A stretch of DNA of 64,000 nucleotides from an uncultured delta proteobacterium (GTDB lineage: Bacteria; Myxococcota_A; Polyangia; Fen-1088). The stretch's first letter is position 1; every line of letters starts with the position of its first letter. The notes under the pieces were generated by a model, which searched no databases, was not told the origin of the DNA, and saw only the letters and a program-made list of their open reading frames with translations. Position numbers and translations under genes: made by a program. The stretch spans positions 2,304,001 to 2,368,000 of the forward strand of contig CAVYGB010000008.1 of NCBI GenBank assembly GCA_963767925.1, in the 5' to 3' direction. This document shows, one piece after another, positions 12,898 to 24,402 of this stretch.

Positions 12898-13962
12898 ATG
12901 AAGTTTGCTGTGTCGGTTCGACCCGGCTCCGGGCTACTGGCCGCGACGGCGGCGCTGGCGGCGGTGGCTTCCGGGTGCGCCGGCTTCCGGGCGCGCGCGG
13001 GCCGCGGCTCTCCGGCGCTGCCGGTGCTCGCCGGAATCTGGGAAGGGTTTTCGCAGGACAAGATCGCCGACGGGCTCGGCGCCGGCGACACCAGGGTCGA
13101 GCGCCAGGCGTGGCACCTCCGCCAGAGCGGAAGCGCGGTGCACGGCTTTTACGTCGCCGAGCTGACCATGCTCTCGGGCGACGGCCGTCCTTACCTCTGC
13201 AGCCGCGAGCCGCGTTTCTCGACATTGCTCCGCTTCGAGGTGCGGGGACGAGTGGGCGCCAAGGGCATCGAGATCGAGGAGGTGGGTGACGCCCTCGCCA
13301 AGGGACCCTGCCGGCCGGTCTTTCGCTCCCCCACCCGCTTCCGGGCCGAGCTGCGCGGAGACACGCTCACGCTCGTCGACGGGGCCCACCGGCAGACGCT
13401 TTACCGCCGCTCGGCCAAGGACCCCCAGGGTCTCACCCAGCAGCTCCTGGCCTTCGAGCGCCCCGACCGCTCCTGGACCGGTGAGCCCGCTTTCCCCACG
13501 CTCGACCGGGGCGGCGGGGGCGGAGGAGGCGGCGGCGACGGGGATCAGCCGATGGACGTCGGCGGAATGTGGGTCTGGGAGCACCGGGGCCGCATGACCA
13601 GTGGCGACGAGAAGCAGGAGCGCGAGGAGTGGCACCTCGAGCAGGAGGGCACCCGCATCTCCGGCTACTACGATCGAGCCGTGCGCCAGGTCTCGACCGA
13701 CGGCCAGGCTTACCGCTGCAGCAACTCGGTCGACTTCCGCATCGTCACCCGCTACCACCTGGCCGGCGAGGTGAAGGGCAGTCGGATCGTGCTCTACGAA
13801 CGCTCCTTCGAGATCCTCGAGGCCAGCCCCTGCGACAACGGCCAGCGCCGGCTCGACGCCTACCAGGGTGAAGCCGCCCTCGACGAGCTCCGCCTGATCT
13901 GGGGCGTCGGCACCCAGGTCCTCCGGCGCGACCGCAGCGACATCCCAAGCCAGCGCTTCTAG
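12898..13962 (+). CDS. Putative lipoprotein with tandem duplicated beta-rich domain
   Basis: Lipobox VASGC; two homologous ~130-aa units separated by a poly-Gly linker. Confidence 0.7.
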   Translation: MKFAVSVRPGSGLLAATAALAAVASGCAGFRARAGRGSPALPVLAGIWEGFSQDKIADGLGAGDTRVERQAWHLRQSGSAVHGFYVAELTMLSGDGRPYLCSREPRFSTLLRFEVRGRVGAKGIEIEEVGDALAKGPCRPVFRSPTRFRAELRGDTLTLVDGAHRQTLYRRSAKDPQGLTQQLLAFERPDRSWTGEPAFPTLDRGGGGGGGGGDGDQPMDVGGMWVWEHRGRMTSGDEKQEREEWHLEQEGTRISGYYDRAVRQVSTDGQAYRCSNSVDFRIVTRYHLAGEVKGSRIVLYERSFEILEASPCDNGQRRLDAYQGEAALDELRLIWGVGTQVLRRDRSDIPSQRF

Positions 13963-13968
13963 AGCGCC

Positions 13969-14074
13969 GGCCGGGAGAGGGAGAGCCGCGCCGTGGGCCG
14001 GGAGCAGCCAGCGGCTGCAAGCGGCCGAGGCTCCCGGGGGAGCCGCGCCGTGGGGGGCGCGAAGGCACCCCCCA
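13969..14074. repeat. Intergenic direct and inverted repeats (REP-like)
   Basis: GAGCCGCGCCGTGGG at 13983 and 14040; hairpin TGGGGGGcGC-GAAG-GCaCCCCCCA at 14051-14074; between convergent genes. Confidence 0.5.
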
Positions 14075-14098
14075 GGTTCGGGCTCGTCGACCCCCGCC

Positions 14099-15795
14099 TT
14101 ATTTGGCGGCCAGCTCGGCGTCGATCAGCGGCTTGAAGGTGTCGAAGGGCTGGGCGCCCACCACCGACTTGCCGTTGACGAAGAAGGTCGGGGTGCCGGT
14201 GGCGCCGACCTTGGCGGCCAGGGCGGCGTCCTCCTCGACCCGCTTCTTGAACTTGCCCGAGTCGAGGGCGGCCTTGAACTTGGCGACGTTCAGCCCCAGG
14301 TCCTGGGCGTACTTCTCGAGCGAGGGGCGGTCGAGCTGCCGCTGGTTCTCGAACAGCTTGTCGTGGAACTCCCAGAACTTGCCCTGCTCGGCGGCGGCCA
14401 TCGAGGCCTCGGCGGCGATCTGGGCGTTCTGGTGGAAGGAGAGCGGCAGGTGCTTGAAGGCGATCCGCACCTTGCCCTTGTAGGTGTCCTCGATCTGCTT
14501 GAGCGTCGGCACCGCCCGCGAGCAGAACGGGCATTGGAAGTCGGAGAAGGCCACCACCGTGACCGGCGCCGTGCGCGGCCCCTTGGCCGGCGAGTCCCCG
14601 ACCTGGATGTCGACCTTGGCGGCCGGGGTAGGGGGGGCAGCGGCGGCAGGCGCGGGAGCGGGCGCGGCCGCGGCGGCCTGGGCCATCAGCTTCTCGTAGA
14701 GGTCAGCCGGCTTGGTGCCCGCCTTGAGCAGGTCGTCGGCCTTCTTGATCTCCTCGTCGATGATGGCGGTGAAGGCCGGCAGCGGCTGGGCGCCCGAGAG
14801 CTCACGTCCGTTGATGAAGAAGGTCGGCGTGCCGTCGGCGCCCACCGAGCCGGCCAGCGCCTGGTCGTCGGCCACCATCTTCTCGATCGCCGGGTCGGCG
14901 ATGTCCTTCTTGAACTGGGCCATGTTGAGCGACAGCTCCTGGGCGTACTTCTCCAGGTCCGCAGGCATGAGCGCCTGCTGGTTGGCGAAGAGCTTGTCGT
15001 GCATCTCCCAGCCCTTGCCCTGCCGGTGGGCCGCCAGGAAGGCCTTGGCCGCAGGCCGGGCTTGCTCGTGGAAGGTGAGCGGCTGGTTCACGAACACGAT
15101 GGCGACGTCCTTGGGGTACTTGTCGGTGATCTGCTTCAGCGTCGGGTTGACCCGCGAGCAGAAGGGGCACTGGAAGTCGCTGAACTCGACGATGGTGACC
15201 TTGGCGATGCTGGGGCCCTTGCGGGGGCTGTGGGCGGGGAGGGTGACCTTGCGCGGGCCCGCCGCCGCCGGCGCGCCGGCCTGGGGAGCGGCCGCCGCCC
15301 CGGCCTTGGGGTTCTCCCCATCCATGTAGGCCAGCAGATCGGCCGACCGACTTGCCCGTCGCGGGCCATGTCGACGACCGTCTTGGCCATCTTGGGGCTG
15401 CGCGGGCAGTTGGGATCCTTCTTGGCGCAGATGGCGACGCTGCCCATGCCGCAGCCGCATTCGCAGTTGCGCTCGTTCAGCGCCTGCATGGCGGCCGTCT
15501 TCTGCCGATCGTTGAGGCCGTCCCAGCTCAGCCCGGCCACGCCGGTGAGCTCGGTGGACTTCATCCAGCCGGCGGGAAACTCGGCTTCGCTCTTGTAGAT
15601 CTTGGCCGGCGCCGCCGCGGCGGGCGCGGCGGCGACCGCGGCGGACGGCGGGGCCGCTTCGTCCGCGGCCTCGTGGCTCCCGCCGCTCCGCGGGCCCATC
15701 TCCCGGCCGATGACGAAGCCGGAGAGAAGGCCGACCACCAGCGCCCAGGGCCAGATGTTCGAGTTCGTGTTCTTCGGTTGGGATTCGCTCGCCAT
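14099..15795 (-). CDS. Double-domain DsbA/thioredoxin-fold protein with N-terminal TM and Cys-rich domain (indel ~15340)
   Basis: FSDFQCPFCSR twice, GTPTFF twice, GAQP twice; N-terminal CECGC...C...C. Confidence 0.85.
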
Positions 15796-15844
15796 GGCGG
15801 CAAGTTATACTCGAACTGCCCCTGCCCTGCATGTATGTCAGGGG

Positions 15845-16027
15845 TTACTCGTCCTCTTCCTCGTCCTCCCAGCGAGAAGACCCCGACCGGCCGGAGCGGC
15901 TGTCCGGCTCCCCTCCGAAGATGGCGTCCATCATGTCGTCGACCGAGGCCCCCGGCGTCTCGAACCGGCGAAGCTCGTCCCGCTCGAACTCCTCGAAGCT
16001 GCGATACCCGTTCTCACTGTTCATCAT
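15845..16027 (-). CDS. Small acidic hypothetical protein (60 aa)
   Basis: GGAGG RBS; MMNSENGYRSFEEFERDELRR...EDEEEDE; divergent from parA. Confidence 0.65.
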   Translation of the reverse strand: MMNSENGYRSFEEFERDELRRFETPGASVDDMMDAIFGGEPDSRSGRSGSSRWEDEEEDE

Positions 16028-16195
16028 GGCACCCCTCCAGGTAGCAAAACGGACTACATGTAGGTCCATGTAACCACGCTCGACCCGCCCGTCAACTTTT
16101 CGGCCTTCCCGGGGCTGGGTGGCCGGCTCTTCGCGGCCGTCGGAGAGGCAGGTTGTAAGCGGAGCGGGGTTGGTGTTAGTAGGATTCGCCCCAAC

Positions 16196-16992
16196 ATGGG
16201 AAGGGTCATCGCGGTAGCGAACCAGAAAGGGGGGCGTCGGCAAGACGACCACCGCCGTGAACCTGGCTGCCTCGCTGGCAGTCGCCGAACGGAAGGTTCT
16301 GCTCGTCGACATGGATCCCCAGGGCAACGCCACCTCGGGCCTGGGACACCCCCGCATCGCCGCCGGCAGCGACGAGGGCAGCGTCTACGACGTGCTGCTG
16401 GGCGACCGGCCCGTGCTGGAGGCGATCCGCAAGACCGAGCTGCCCTACCTCGACCTGCTGCCCTCCGGCCAGGATCTGGCGGGCGCCGAGGTCGAGCTGG
16501 TCAACCTGGACGACCGGGAGTCGCGCCTGCGCCAGCCCCTGCGGCTGATCGCGCCCGAACTACGACTTCGTCATCATCGACACTCCGCCCTCGCTGGGTC
16601 TTCTGACCCTGAACGCGCTGTGCGCCGCCGACGGCGTGCTGGTGCCCCTGCAGTGCGAGTACTACGCGCTCGAAGGCCTCTCCGATCTGCAGGCGACGGT
16701 GGGGCTGGTGGGCAGATCGCTCAACCCCGGTCTCAGCATCGAAGGTATCCTGCTGTGCATGGTCGACACCCGCCAGAACCTCACCGATCAGGTGGCGGGC
16801 GAGGTCCGCGAGCACTTCGGGGACCGCGTGTACACGACCCCCATCCCGCGCAACGTGCGCCTGTCCGAGGCGCCCTCGTTCGGCAAGCCGATCTTGCTGT
16901 ACGACGTGGCCTCGAAGGGTGCCCAGAGCTACCTCGATGCGGCACGCGAGTTCGTCCAGCGACACGCGCGCGGTGGGCGAGCGACGGCATGA
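16196..16992 (+). CDS. parA: ParA/Soj ATPase (indels ~16230 and ~16560)
   Basis: ANQKGG(+G)VGKTTT, DMDPQGNATSG, DTPPSLG, QCEYYALEG, PRNVRLSEAPSFG. Confidence 0.92.
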
Positions 16993-17937
16993 CCGGTAAA
17001 CGCCGCGTGCTCGGCCGCGGCCTGGCAGCGCTCATCGCGGAGGCGGCGCCCAGCCCGGCTCCGCAGGCGGCGCCCGCTGCCCGGCGAGCGGCCGCTCGGT
17101 CCGGCCAATCCCCCGCGCGGCGATGGTCTGCACATCGTCGGCCATCGAGGACGTTCACCCCGCCCGCACCAGCCGCGCAAGACGTTCGACGACGACCGGC
17201 TGGACGAGCTGGCCGAGTCGATCCGCGCGCAGGGGATCATCCAGCCGCTCATCGTTCGCCGGCGGCCCGGCGGCAGCGGCGGCTTCGAGCTGATCGCGGG
17301 CGAACGCCGCTGGCGGGCGGCCCAGCGGGCCGGGTTGCACGAGGTCCCGGTCGTCGTCCGCGAGGTGGCCGAGCGAGCAGGCCTTCGAGATGGCGCTGGT
17401 CGAGAACCTGCAGCGGGCCGACCTGAACCCCATCGAGGAGGCCGAGGGGTACCAGCGCCTGATGGCCGAGTTCGGCTACACCCAGGAGACGCTGGCCGGC
17501 CGGGTGGGCAAGGACCGCAGCACCGTGGCCAATGCCCTGCGGCTGCTCAAGCTGCCGCCCGCCGGTGCGCGACATGGTGATCGCCGGGCGGCTCTCGATG
17601 GGTCACGCCCGGGGCTTGCTGGGCCTGGAATCGGACACCGCCATGGAGCGGCTGGCCCGGCAGACGCTGGCCCGCGAGCTGTCGGTGCGGCAGGTCGAGA
17701 CTCTCGTGCGGCGCGAGCGGCAGGAGGGGGCCAAGCGCTCCGACTCCGACGGCGCGGCGAGCGCCACCCCCCCCGCGCCCCCCTCGCCCGCTGCCCGCGA
17801 CCTCGTGCAGAAGCTGGAGCAGGCCCTGGGTACCCGGGTGCGGCTGATGCAAGCCGACGCCACCCGTGGCCACCTCGAGATCTCACTACCACTCGCTCGA
17901 CGAGCTCGACGCTCTGCTGGCCAAGATCATCCGCTGA
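16989..17937 (+). CDS. parB: ParB/Spo0J (several indels)
   Basis: [13 protein letters not shown]-x-[40 protein letters not shown] overlap with parA. Confidence 0.92.
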
Positions 17938-17958
17938 CGGCGGGGCGCTGGGCTGCGA

Positions 17959-19192
17959 TCAGCCCTTCCGGAGCAGCAGGATGTGCTCGCGGCGAGGCTG
18001 CGAGCCGAAGATGACCCGCACGGCCGGGTCGCGCGGGGGCCGAACCTGCGAGGCGCGCGCCACCAGCGACAGGCCCGCCTCGGCGCCGGCCTCGGTGACC
18101 GCCCGGGCGGCGTCTTCGGGCTTTTTTCCCACCACCCCGTCGCCGACAACGAGCATCGCCAGGCCCGAAGGGCGCAGCACCCGGGCCATCTCCTCCAGCC
18201 AGGCCCGGCGGCCCTCCTGCCACAGCTCACGGACGGTGCCCGGACCACCCCGCCGCTCGCCGAGCTGGCGCTGGCGCAGGGTCTCGATCGGCAGACCCAG
18301 CCAGCGAAACCGGACGGCGTGTTGCTCGGCGTAGTCGTAGACCCCCGCGTAGGGTGGCGAAGAGAGCACCAGGTCGACCGAGCGCGCGCGGGCGTCCGGG
18401 TAGCTGCGGGCGTCGCCCAGATGGACATCAGCCCGGGGGGTCCCCTCCGGAGTCACGAGGGAAAGCTCGGCCAGGCCCGCCGCCAGCTCCTCGGCCCGCT
18501 CCGCGAAAAACCGGGAGGGAAAGCCCCGCGCGATCCGCTTGTCGAGGCCGTCCTGGGCGCCTCGGGTCCGGAGCGCATCAACTTGACGAGGAGGGAAGAG
18601 AGGCAGAGCCGGAGCGCCTGGCCCTGGGGCTCGTCGGCCGACGTCTCCATGACCGCCGCCCGCAGGGTGAACAGCTCGAGCGCGACGTGGGGGTGGTAGC
18701 GGGCGAAATCGAGGGGGGCCCAGCGTGGCAGCTGGGGGCGGATGCGCGCCCGAGCCTGGGCCCCCACCGCGCTGGCGATGGCCTTGGCCCGCTCGACCAG
18801 ATCGCGCCGCCAGCCCTCCGGCATGCGGCGAGTCCGCACGGTCGCGATCAGCACCGCCAGCGGGCTGGCGTCGACGCCGATAGCCTTGCGACCGGCCACC
18901 AGCGCCTCGACGAGGACCGTGCCGCTGCCACAGAACGGGTCGAGCACGGTCGCGCCCGGCGGAGTGAAGCGCCCGATGGCCCCCCGGGCGATCGAGGGGT
19001 GGAGCTTGCCCGCGTAGCTGTGAAAGCCGTGGGTCAACGCCCGTTCCAGCTTGAAGTCCACCGAGAAGATTTCGGCCAGGCTCTCGGCCTCCTCGGTCGA
19101 GCCCTCGGTCTCGACCGGGCCCCGGATCACGGAGAAGGCCCGGCGCTGGTGGGCGGCGGGCAGGGGGAACGGCCCGGTTCCGCGCGGGCGGG

Positions 19193-19205
<13 letters not shown>
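17959..19205 (-). CDS. Orphan amino (N4-C/N6-A) DNA methyltransferase (indel ~18450-18550)
   Basis: [10 protein letters not shown], motif [10 protein letters not shown], motif IV SSPPY; start overlaps the MoxR stop. Confidence 0.75.
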
Positions 19206-20410
<1,205 letters not shown>

Positions 20411-20507
20411 CTCCCCATCAGAACTATAACGTTCTGGAGCAGCCCCTCAAAGGGCCAACTGCGGCGCCGGGACCGGCGGTGGGGCCAGCGGTCGGCCCCC
20501 ATGGCGA

Positions 20508-21599
20508 CTATGGGACCACGATGCCGGGGCAGCCCAGGACGATGTCGACCTGACCCGCTTTCGTCCTCAAACGCTCGCACCAGGCGCCGTTGAGCTGGAT
20601 CGCCGTGTGCTGAGGGCTGGTGTAGCTCCAGCCGTTGCTGGCGTTCTCGGGCACCCGCTCGGAATCGATCGTCACCTTGACCGAATCGGGCGCGGGCGGC
20701 GGCTTGCTGAGATTGAACACGCAGGTGGTGATCTGCCCGGCGATCTCGCCGAGCGCCCGGCTCAGATCCATCCGGTTGGCCACCGGAAAGAACCGCAACG
20801 CGGGATCGGCGCGGGGGACGCCGCCCACCATCGCCATCTGGTTGAGCGTCTCGACCCCCTCCGGCTGGATGGCGATGCCGATCACGTAGGTCTTGAAGCC
20901 AGCCGTCGCCGCGTTTTGCACGGCCTGCACCGCGAGCGAACGCGCGACCGCCGAGGGGCTGTTGAGGGGGCAGGTCGGCTCGCCGTCGGTGGCCAGGGCA
21001 ATGTATTTGGGATTGTTGTCCGGCAGCGTGCGGAGGTAAGCGACCGCCTTGTCCATCGCATCGCTGGTTGGAGTGCCCCCCTGCCCGGCCGCGTTGAACC
21101 CGTCCAATCGGGCACGGGCCAGGACCATCGCGTGGTTGCTGCCCGCCACCGTCACCTCGGCGCCATCGGCGACCGCACAGCCCTCGGGAAAGGGGAAGAG
21201 CTTGAGGCCCCACTTGACCAGCGACTCGGTCCCCTTGACCACCTCGTCCATCGCACCGAGCGCCTCCGTCCAGAGGGTCGCGCCGGCAGCGCCTCCGACC
21301 GGCGCGCGGCCCATCGAGGACGAACGATCGAGCACCAGCATCAGCGAGGGCGGCACCCGCTCGAGCGTGAACTTCTCGAACCCGCACTCCCGGGCGTCCG
21401 CGGCGGCGACCGAGCTCGGTGGCTCGGGCAATGTGAAGCCGGGGATCTCCGGTCCCGGACCGCTGTCCCGAACCTCGCCACCGACGACACCACCCAGGCT
21501 CGGCGTCGCCCGGTAGACCGGCCGCTCGTTGCACGAGGCCAGCAAGAACAGACCCGAGAACAGACGAAAGAAGGCTAGGGGATAAGTGCTGAACGACAT
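20508..21599 (-). CDS. vWA-domain lipoprotein, CglB-like
   Basis: Lipobox LLASC; MIDAS DRSSSM, GGTPT, ATDGEP; paired Cys. Confidence 0.8.
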   Translation of the reverse strand: MSFSTYPLAFFRLFSGLFLLASCNERPVYRATPSLGGVVGGEVRDSGPGPEIPGFTLPEPPSSVAAADARECGFEKFTLERVPPSLMLVLDRSSSMGRAPVGGAAGATLWTEALGAMDEVVKGTESLVKWGLKLFPFPEGCAVADGAEVTVAGSNHAMVLARARLDGFNAAGQGGTPTSDAMDKAVAYLRTLPDNNPKYIALATDGEPTCPLNSPSAVARSLAVQAVQNAATAGFKTYVIGIAIQPEGVETLNQMAMVGGVPRADPALRFFPVANRMDLSRALGEIAGQITTCVFNLSKPPPAPDSVKVTIDSERVPENASNGWSYTSPQHTAIQLNGAWCERLRTKAGQVDIVLGCPGIVVP

Positions 21600-21647
21600 G
21601 AAGGGGGGCCTTTCCGGGCCGGACCCCGAAGGCCGACCCGCTCGCGG

Positions 21648-22850
21648 CTATCCTACGTCGGGGCCCTTTTCGCTGCCAAGGCCGCGCGGAGGCTTCCTGG
21701 GCAGCTCGCCTCCGGTGAGGCGGGCGCTGGTTGCGGCCGCGGCATACCGGACCACGCCGAGGGCGATCTGGAAGCGCTCTTTCTGGCCGCCGAGCGCCGC
21801 CCCCCGCCAGCTCGCCAGGATGCGCCGCAGGCGCAGCCCGGCGTCGGAGCTGGGGTTGACGTCGGGTGGAAAGACGAGCGTCGGCTCGACCTCCGCGGCC
21901 GCGACCATCAGCGCGCCCAGGTCGCCGCCCGACGAGGCCGGATCCTCCCGGGAAAACAGGGTCTCGAGCCACAAGGCGTGCGCGAGGAACCGGATGCCGA
22001 ACGCCACGCCCGCCGGCGAGGCGGCGGGCGCGGGGCCGTCGCGCACCGAGGCAAACTGGAAAAGCGCCGCCGCCAGGGCGCCCCCCGCTGCCAGCAGCCC
22101 GAGCTCGATGACACGATCGGCTACCAGCCGGCCGAGGGTCGGAAAGCGGAGGATTGGGAGGATCCTCCCCCAGGAGATGGCCGGCTCGAGGCGCATCGGA
22201 TCCAGAGCCTCGCCCAGGGGGCTCGCCCGGGACAGGGCTCCGAACGCAGACCGCGCGCAGGCCGGCACCCCGATCTCGCGCAGCCAGAGCCGGCGGGTCT
22301 CGTCGACGGTGACCCGACGCAAGCGGGGCATCGCCAGCAGGCGCGGCGGCGGTGTGCGGCCCACGAAGAGCTGCTTGCCCAGCCAGTAGGTGACCAGCCG
22401 CTCGGGCTGGACCACCTCGGGGAGCCGCACCAGCAGCGAGTGGCGCCGCACGGCCTCCGCGGCGGTCGGGGGCGGCCCGAGATCGGCGAGGCGCCCAGCC
22501 GCCTCGGCGATGCGGCTCCGGCCGCGCTCGTCGTGCCCCTCGGCGAACGTGGGGTGCGACAGCAGGAGGAGGTTGTGGAGGGCAGCCCCCAGCCGCAGCG
22601 TGCTCTCGTCCATCCCGGGAGCCTGGACGTCGAGCAGCAGAGTGGAGGCGAGCGCGGCCCGGGCCTTGGCCAGCTCCTCTCCGGCCCGCAGCTCGTCGGG
22701 GCCGAGCTGGGCGAACCGCTTGCGGGCATCGGTGGAGGCCCACCCGGCGACGAGCCCCGCCACCGCCTTGGCCTCGAGCGGGCGACCGACGTGGACCTGC
22801 CCGCCCTTGACCAGCGGCAGAAGGAACCGGCCGACCAGCGGACGCAACAT
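21648..22850 (-). CDS. Uncharacterised protein, tentatively FtsH-ternary-system X6-like
   Basis: GC-consistent 400-aa ORF; RRHSLL...VTYWLG..F.GRTPPPRLL..PRLRRV; family recalled, not searched. Confidence 0.55.
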   Translation of the reverse strand: MLRPLVGRFLLPLVKGGQVHVGRPLEAKAVAGLVAGWASTDARKRFAQLGPDELRAGEELAKARAALASTLLLDVQAPGMDESTLRLGAALHNLLLLSHPTFAEGHDERGRSRIAEAAGRLADLGPPPTAAEAVRRHSLLVRLPEVVQPERLVTYWLGKQLFVGRTPPPRLLAMPRLRRVTVDETRRLWLREIGVPACARSAFGALSRASPLGEALDPMRLEPAISWGRILPILRFPTLGRLVADRVIELGLLAAGGALAAALFQFASVRDGPAPAASPAGVAFGIRFLAHALWLETLFSREDPASSGGDLGALMVAAAEVEPTLVFPPDVNPSSDAGLRLRRILASWRGAALGGQKERFQIALGVVRYAAAATSARLTGGELPRKPPRGLGSEKGPDVG

Positions 22851-22855
22851 CGAAC

Positions 22856-24364
22856 CTAGCCCCGCCAGCCCCACAGGGGCAGCAGGCCCAGCGGATCGTT
22901 TTCGATCTCCGGAGGAGGGGGCGGCTCGGTCGGCGGTGGCGGGTCACCTGGGCGCGCGCCCAGGGGAGGCGACCAGGGCAGCTCGGCGCGCGCCAGAGTC
23001 TTGCGCTCGAGGACCTCGAAGGTCTCGCGGGCGATCCGGAAAGGCGGCTTGTCCGCGTCGGGAAACACACACACCGCTCCATCGGAGACGCCCAGCCGCT
23101 CGGCCAGCAGCCCGGGCGACAGCGCGGGCCGCAGGCGCCGTCCCACCGGCACGAACACGCCGGGGATGGCCTCCTCGAGGAGCTGGCCGAACGGCACGCC
23201 TTCGAGCCGGTCGCCCGCCACCACGAGCACGCCCGCCTCGACGAAGGCGACCCGGTAGCTGCGCAGGGCCGCGGCGGGCAGGGCGAACAGCAACCGGCGC
23301 AGCCAGCCCGCGCGCGACCAGGCCACCAGCGCCGCCCGGGGCCGGGCCGGCACGTTGGCCACCGGCTCGAGCCGGAGCGGCACCTCGAGCGCCCCGGCGG
23401 GCGGCGGCGCGGTCAGCGCCGCGCGCGGCTCCTCGCGCACGGGGATGCGCAGCTTCACCACGTCGTCGAGGGCGGCAAACGACGGGCGCGGTGAGACCTC
23501 GGTGACCGGACGCGGCGGCGGGCCGAGCAGGAGCATCCGCTCGCCGCGCAGGGCGGCCCGGCAGCTTGCCAGGTGGATCGGGTGCTCGTACCCGGCCGCG
23601 ACCAGCACGTCGTCGAGCACGGGCAGATAGAGGTCGAGCCCCGGCGTGCGGGTGCACAGGCCGGCCATACGGGGGGGCAGCTCTGCTATGCGGAACAGCC
23701 AGAACGAGGGGGCCGCCGAGAAGGGCGTGCTCCGCGGAGGCTCACAGACGGCCACCTGCGCTTCGATCCCGGCGCCGAACAGGTAGTCGACCATGACCGG
23801 GGCCAGGCCCCGCCGGACCGCCAGGTAGACCGGACCCCGGCGCGAGCCCCGCCAGGCCGCCTCCGCCCCGCCGGGAAAGCGGCGCAGCTCCAGGCGAAGC
23901 AGGAGCCGCTCGAGCTGCAGCTGCCCCTCCTCGCGAAAGCACAGGTCCGCGTCGTCGGTGTACAGGGTAAAATCGCCGTCTCCGTGCGAAACGACCGACG
24001 CGTCATATCCCAGCGGTGAGCGGCTGTCCCGGGCGGGAACGAAATGGTGGGCAGTACCGGTGAACGACGAGCCTCCAGCCAGCCGGGCGGTGTTGGCCAC
24101 CAGATCGGTGGTGGCGCCCCCCGGGTTGGCCACGCGGACGAACGCCTCGCGGGCCCCGTTGCCGGGGCGGGCATACACGATCCGGAGGCCACCCCACAGC
24201 TCCTCGGGCGTGCGCTCGGCGCTCAGCAGCCGCAGGAACCCCACCAGCCGATCCAGGGTGCCGAAGCGCAAGAGCAGATCGCGCCCCACCGCCGCGCCCC
24301 GCGTGTCGGCGCTCAGACCCGGGAGGTTGAACCGCACCTGCCCCACCGGAACCCGCGTGAGCAT
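22856..24364 (-). CDS. Uncharacterised protein, tentatively FtsH-ternary-system X7-like
   Basis: 502-aa ORF ending 5 nt before the next gene; GYEHPIHL..C and GVFVPVG..LRP motifs; family recalled, not searched. Confidence 0.55.
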   Translation of the reverse strand: MLTRVPVGQVRFNLPGLSADTRGAAVGRDLLLRFGTLDRLVGFLRLLSAERTPEELWGGLRIVYARPGNGAREAFVRVANPGGATTDLVANTARLAGGSSFTGTAHHFVPARDSRSPLGYDASVVSHGDGDFTLYTDDADLCFREEGQLQLERLLLRLELRRFPGGAEAAWRGSRRGPVYLAVRRGLAPVMVDYLFGAGIEAQVAVCEPPRSTPFSAAPSFWLFRIAELPPRMAGLCTRTPGLDLYLPVLDDVLVAAGYEHPIHLASCRAALRGERMLLLGPPPRPVTEVSPRPSFAALDDVVKLRIPVREEPRAALTAPPPAGALEVPLRLEPVANVPARPRAALVAWSRAGWLRRLLFALPAAALRSYRVAFVEAGVLVVAGDRLEGVPFGQLLEEAIPGVFVPVGRRLRPALSPGLLAERLGVSDGAVCVFPDADKPPFRIARETFEVLERKTLARAELPWSPPLGARPGDPPPPTEPPPPPEIENDPLGLLPLWGWRG

Positions 24365-24402
24365 GTCCCCAGTTTAACCTCTCTCGCCCGATCGGGCCGC
24401 CC

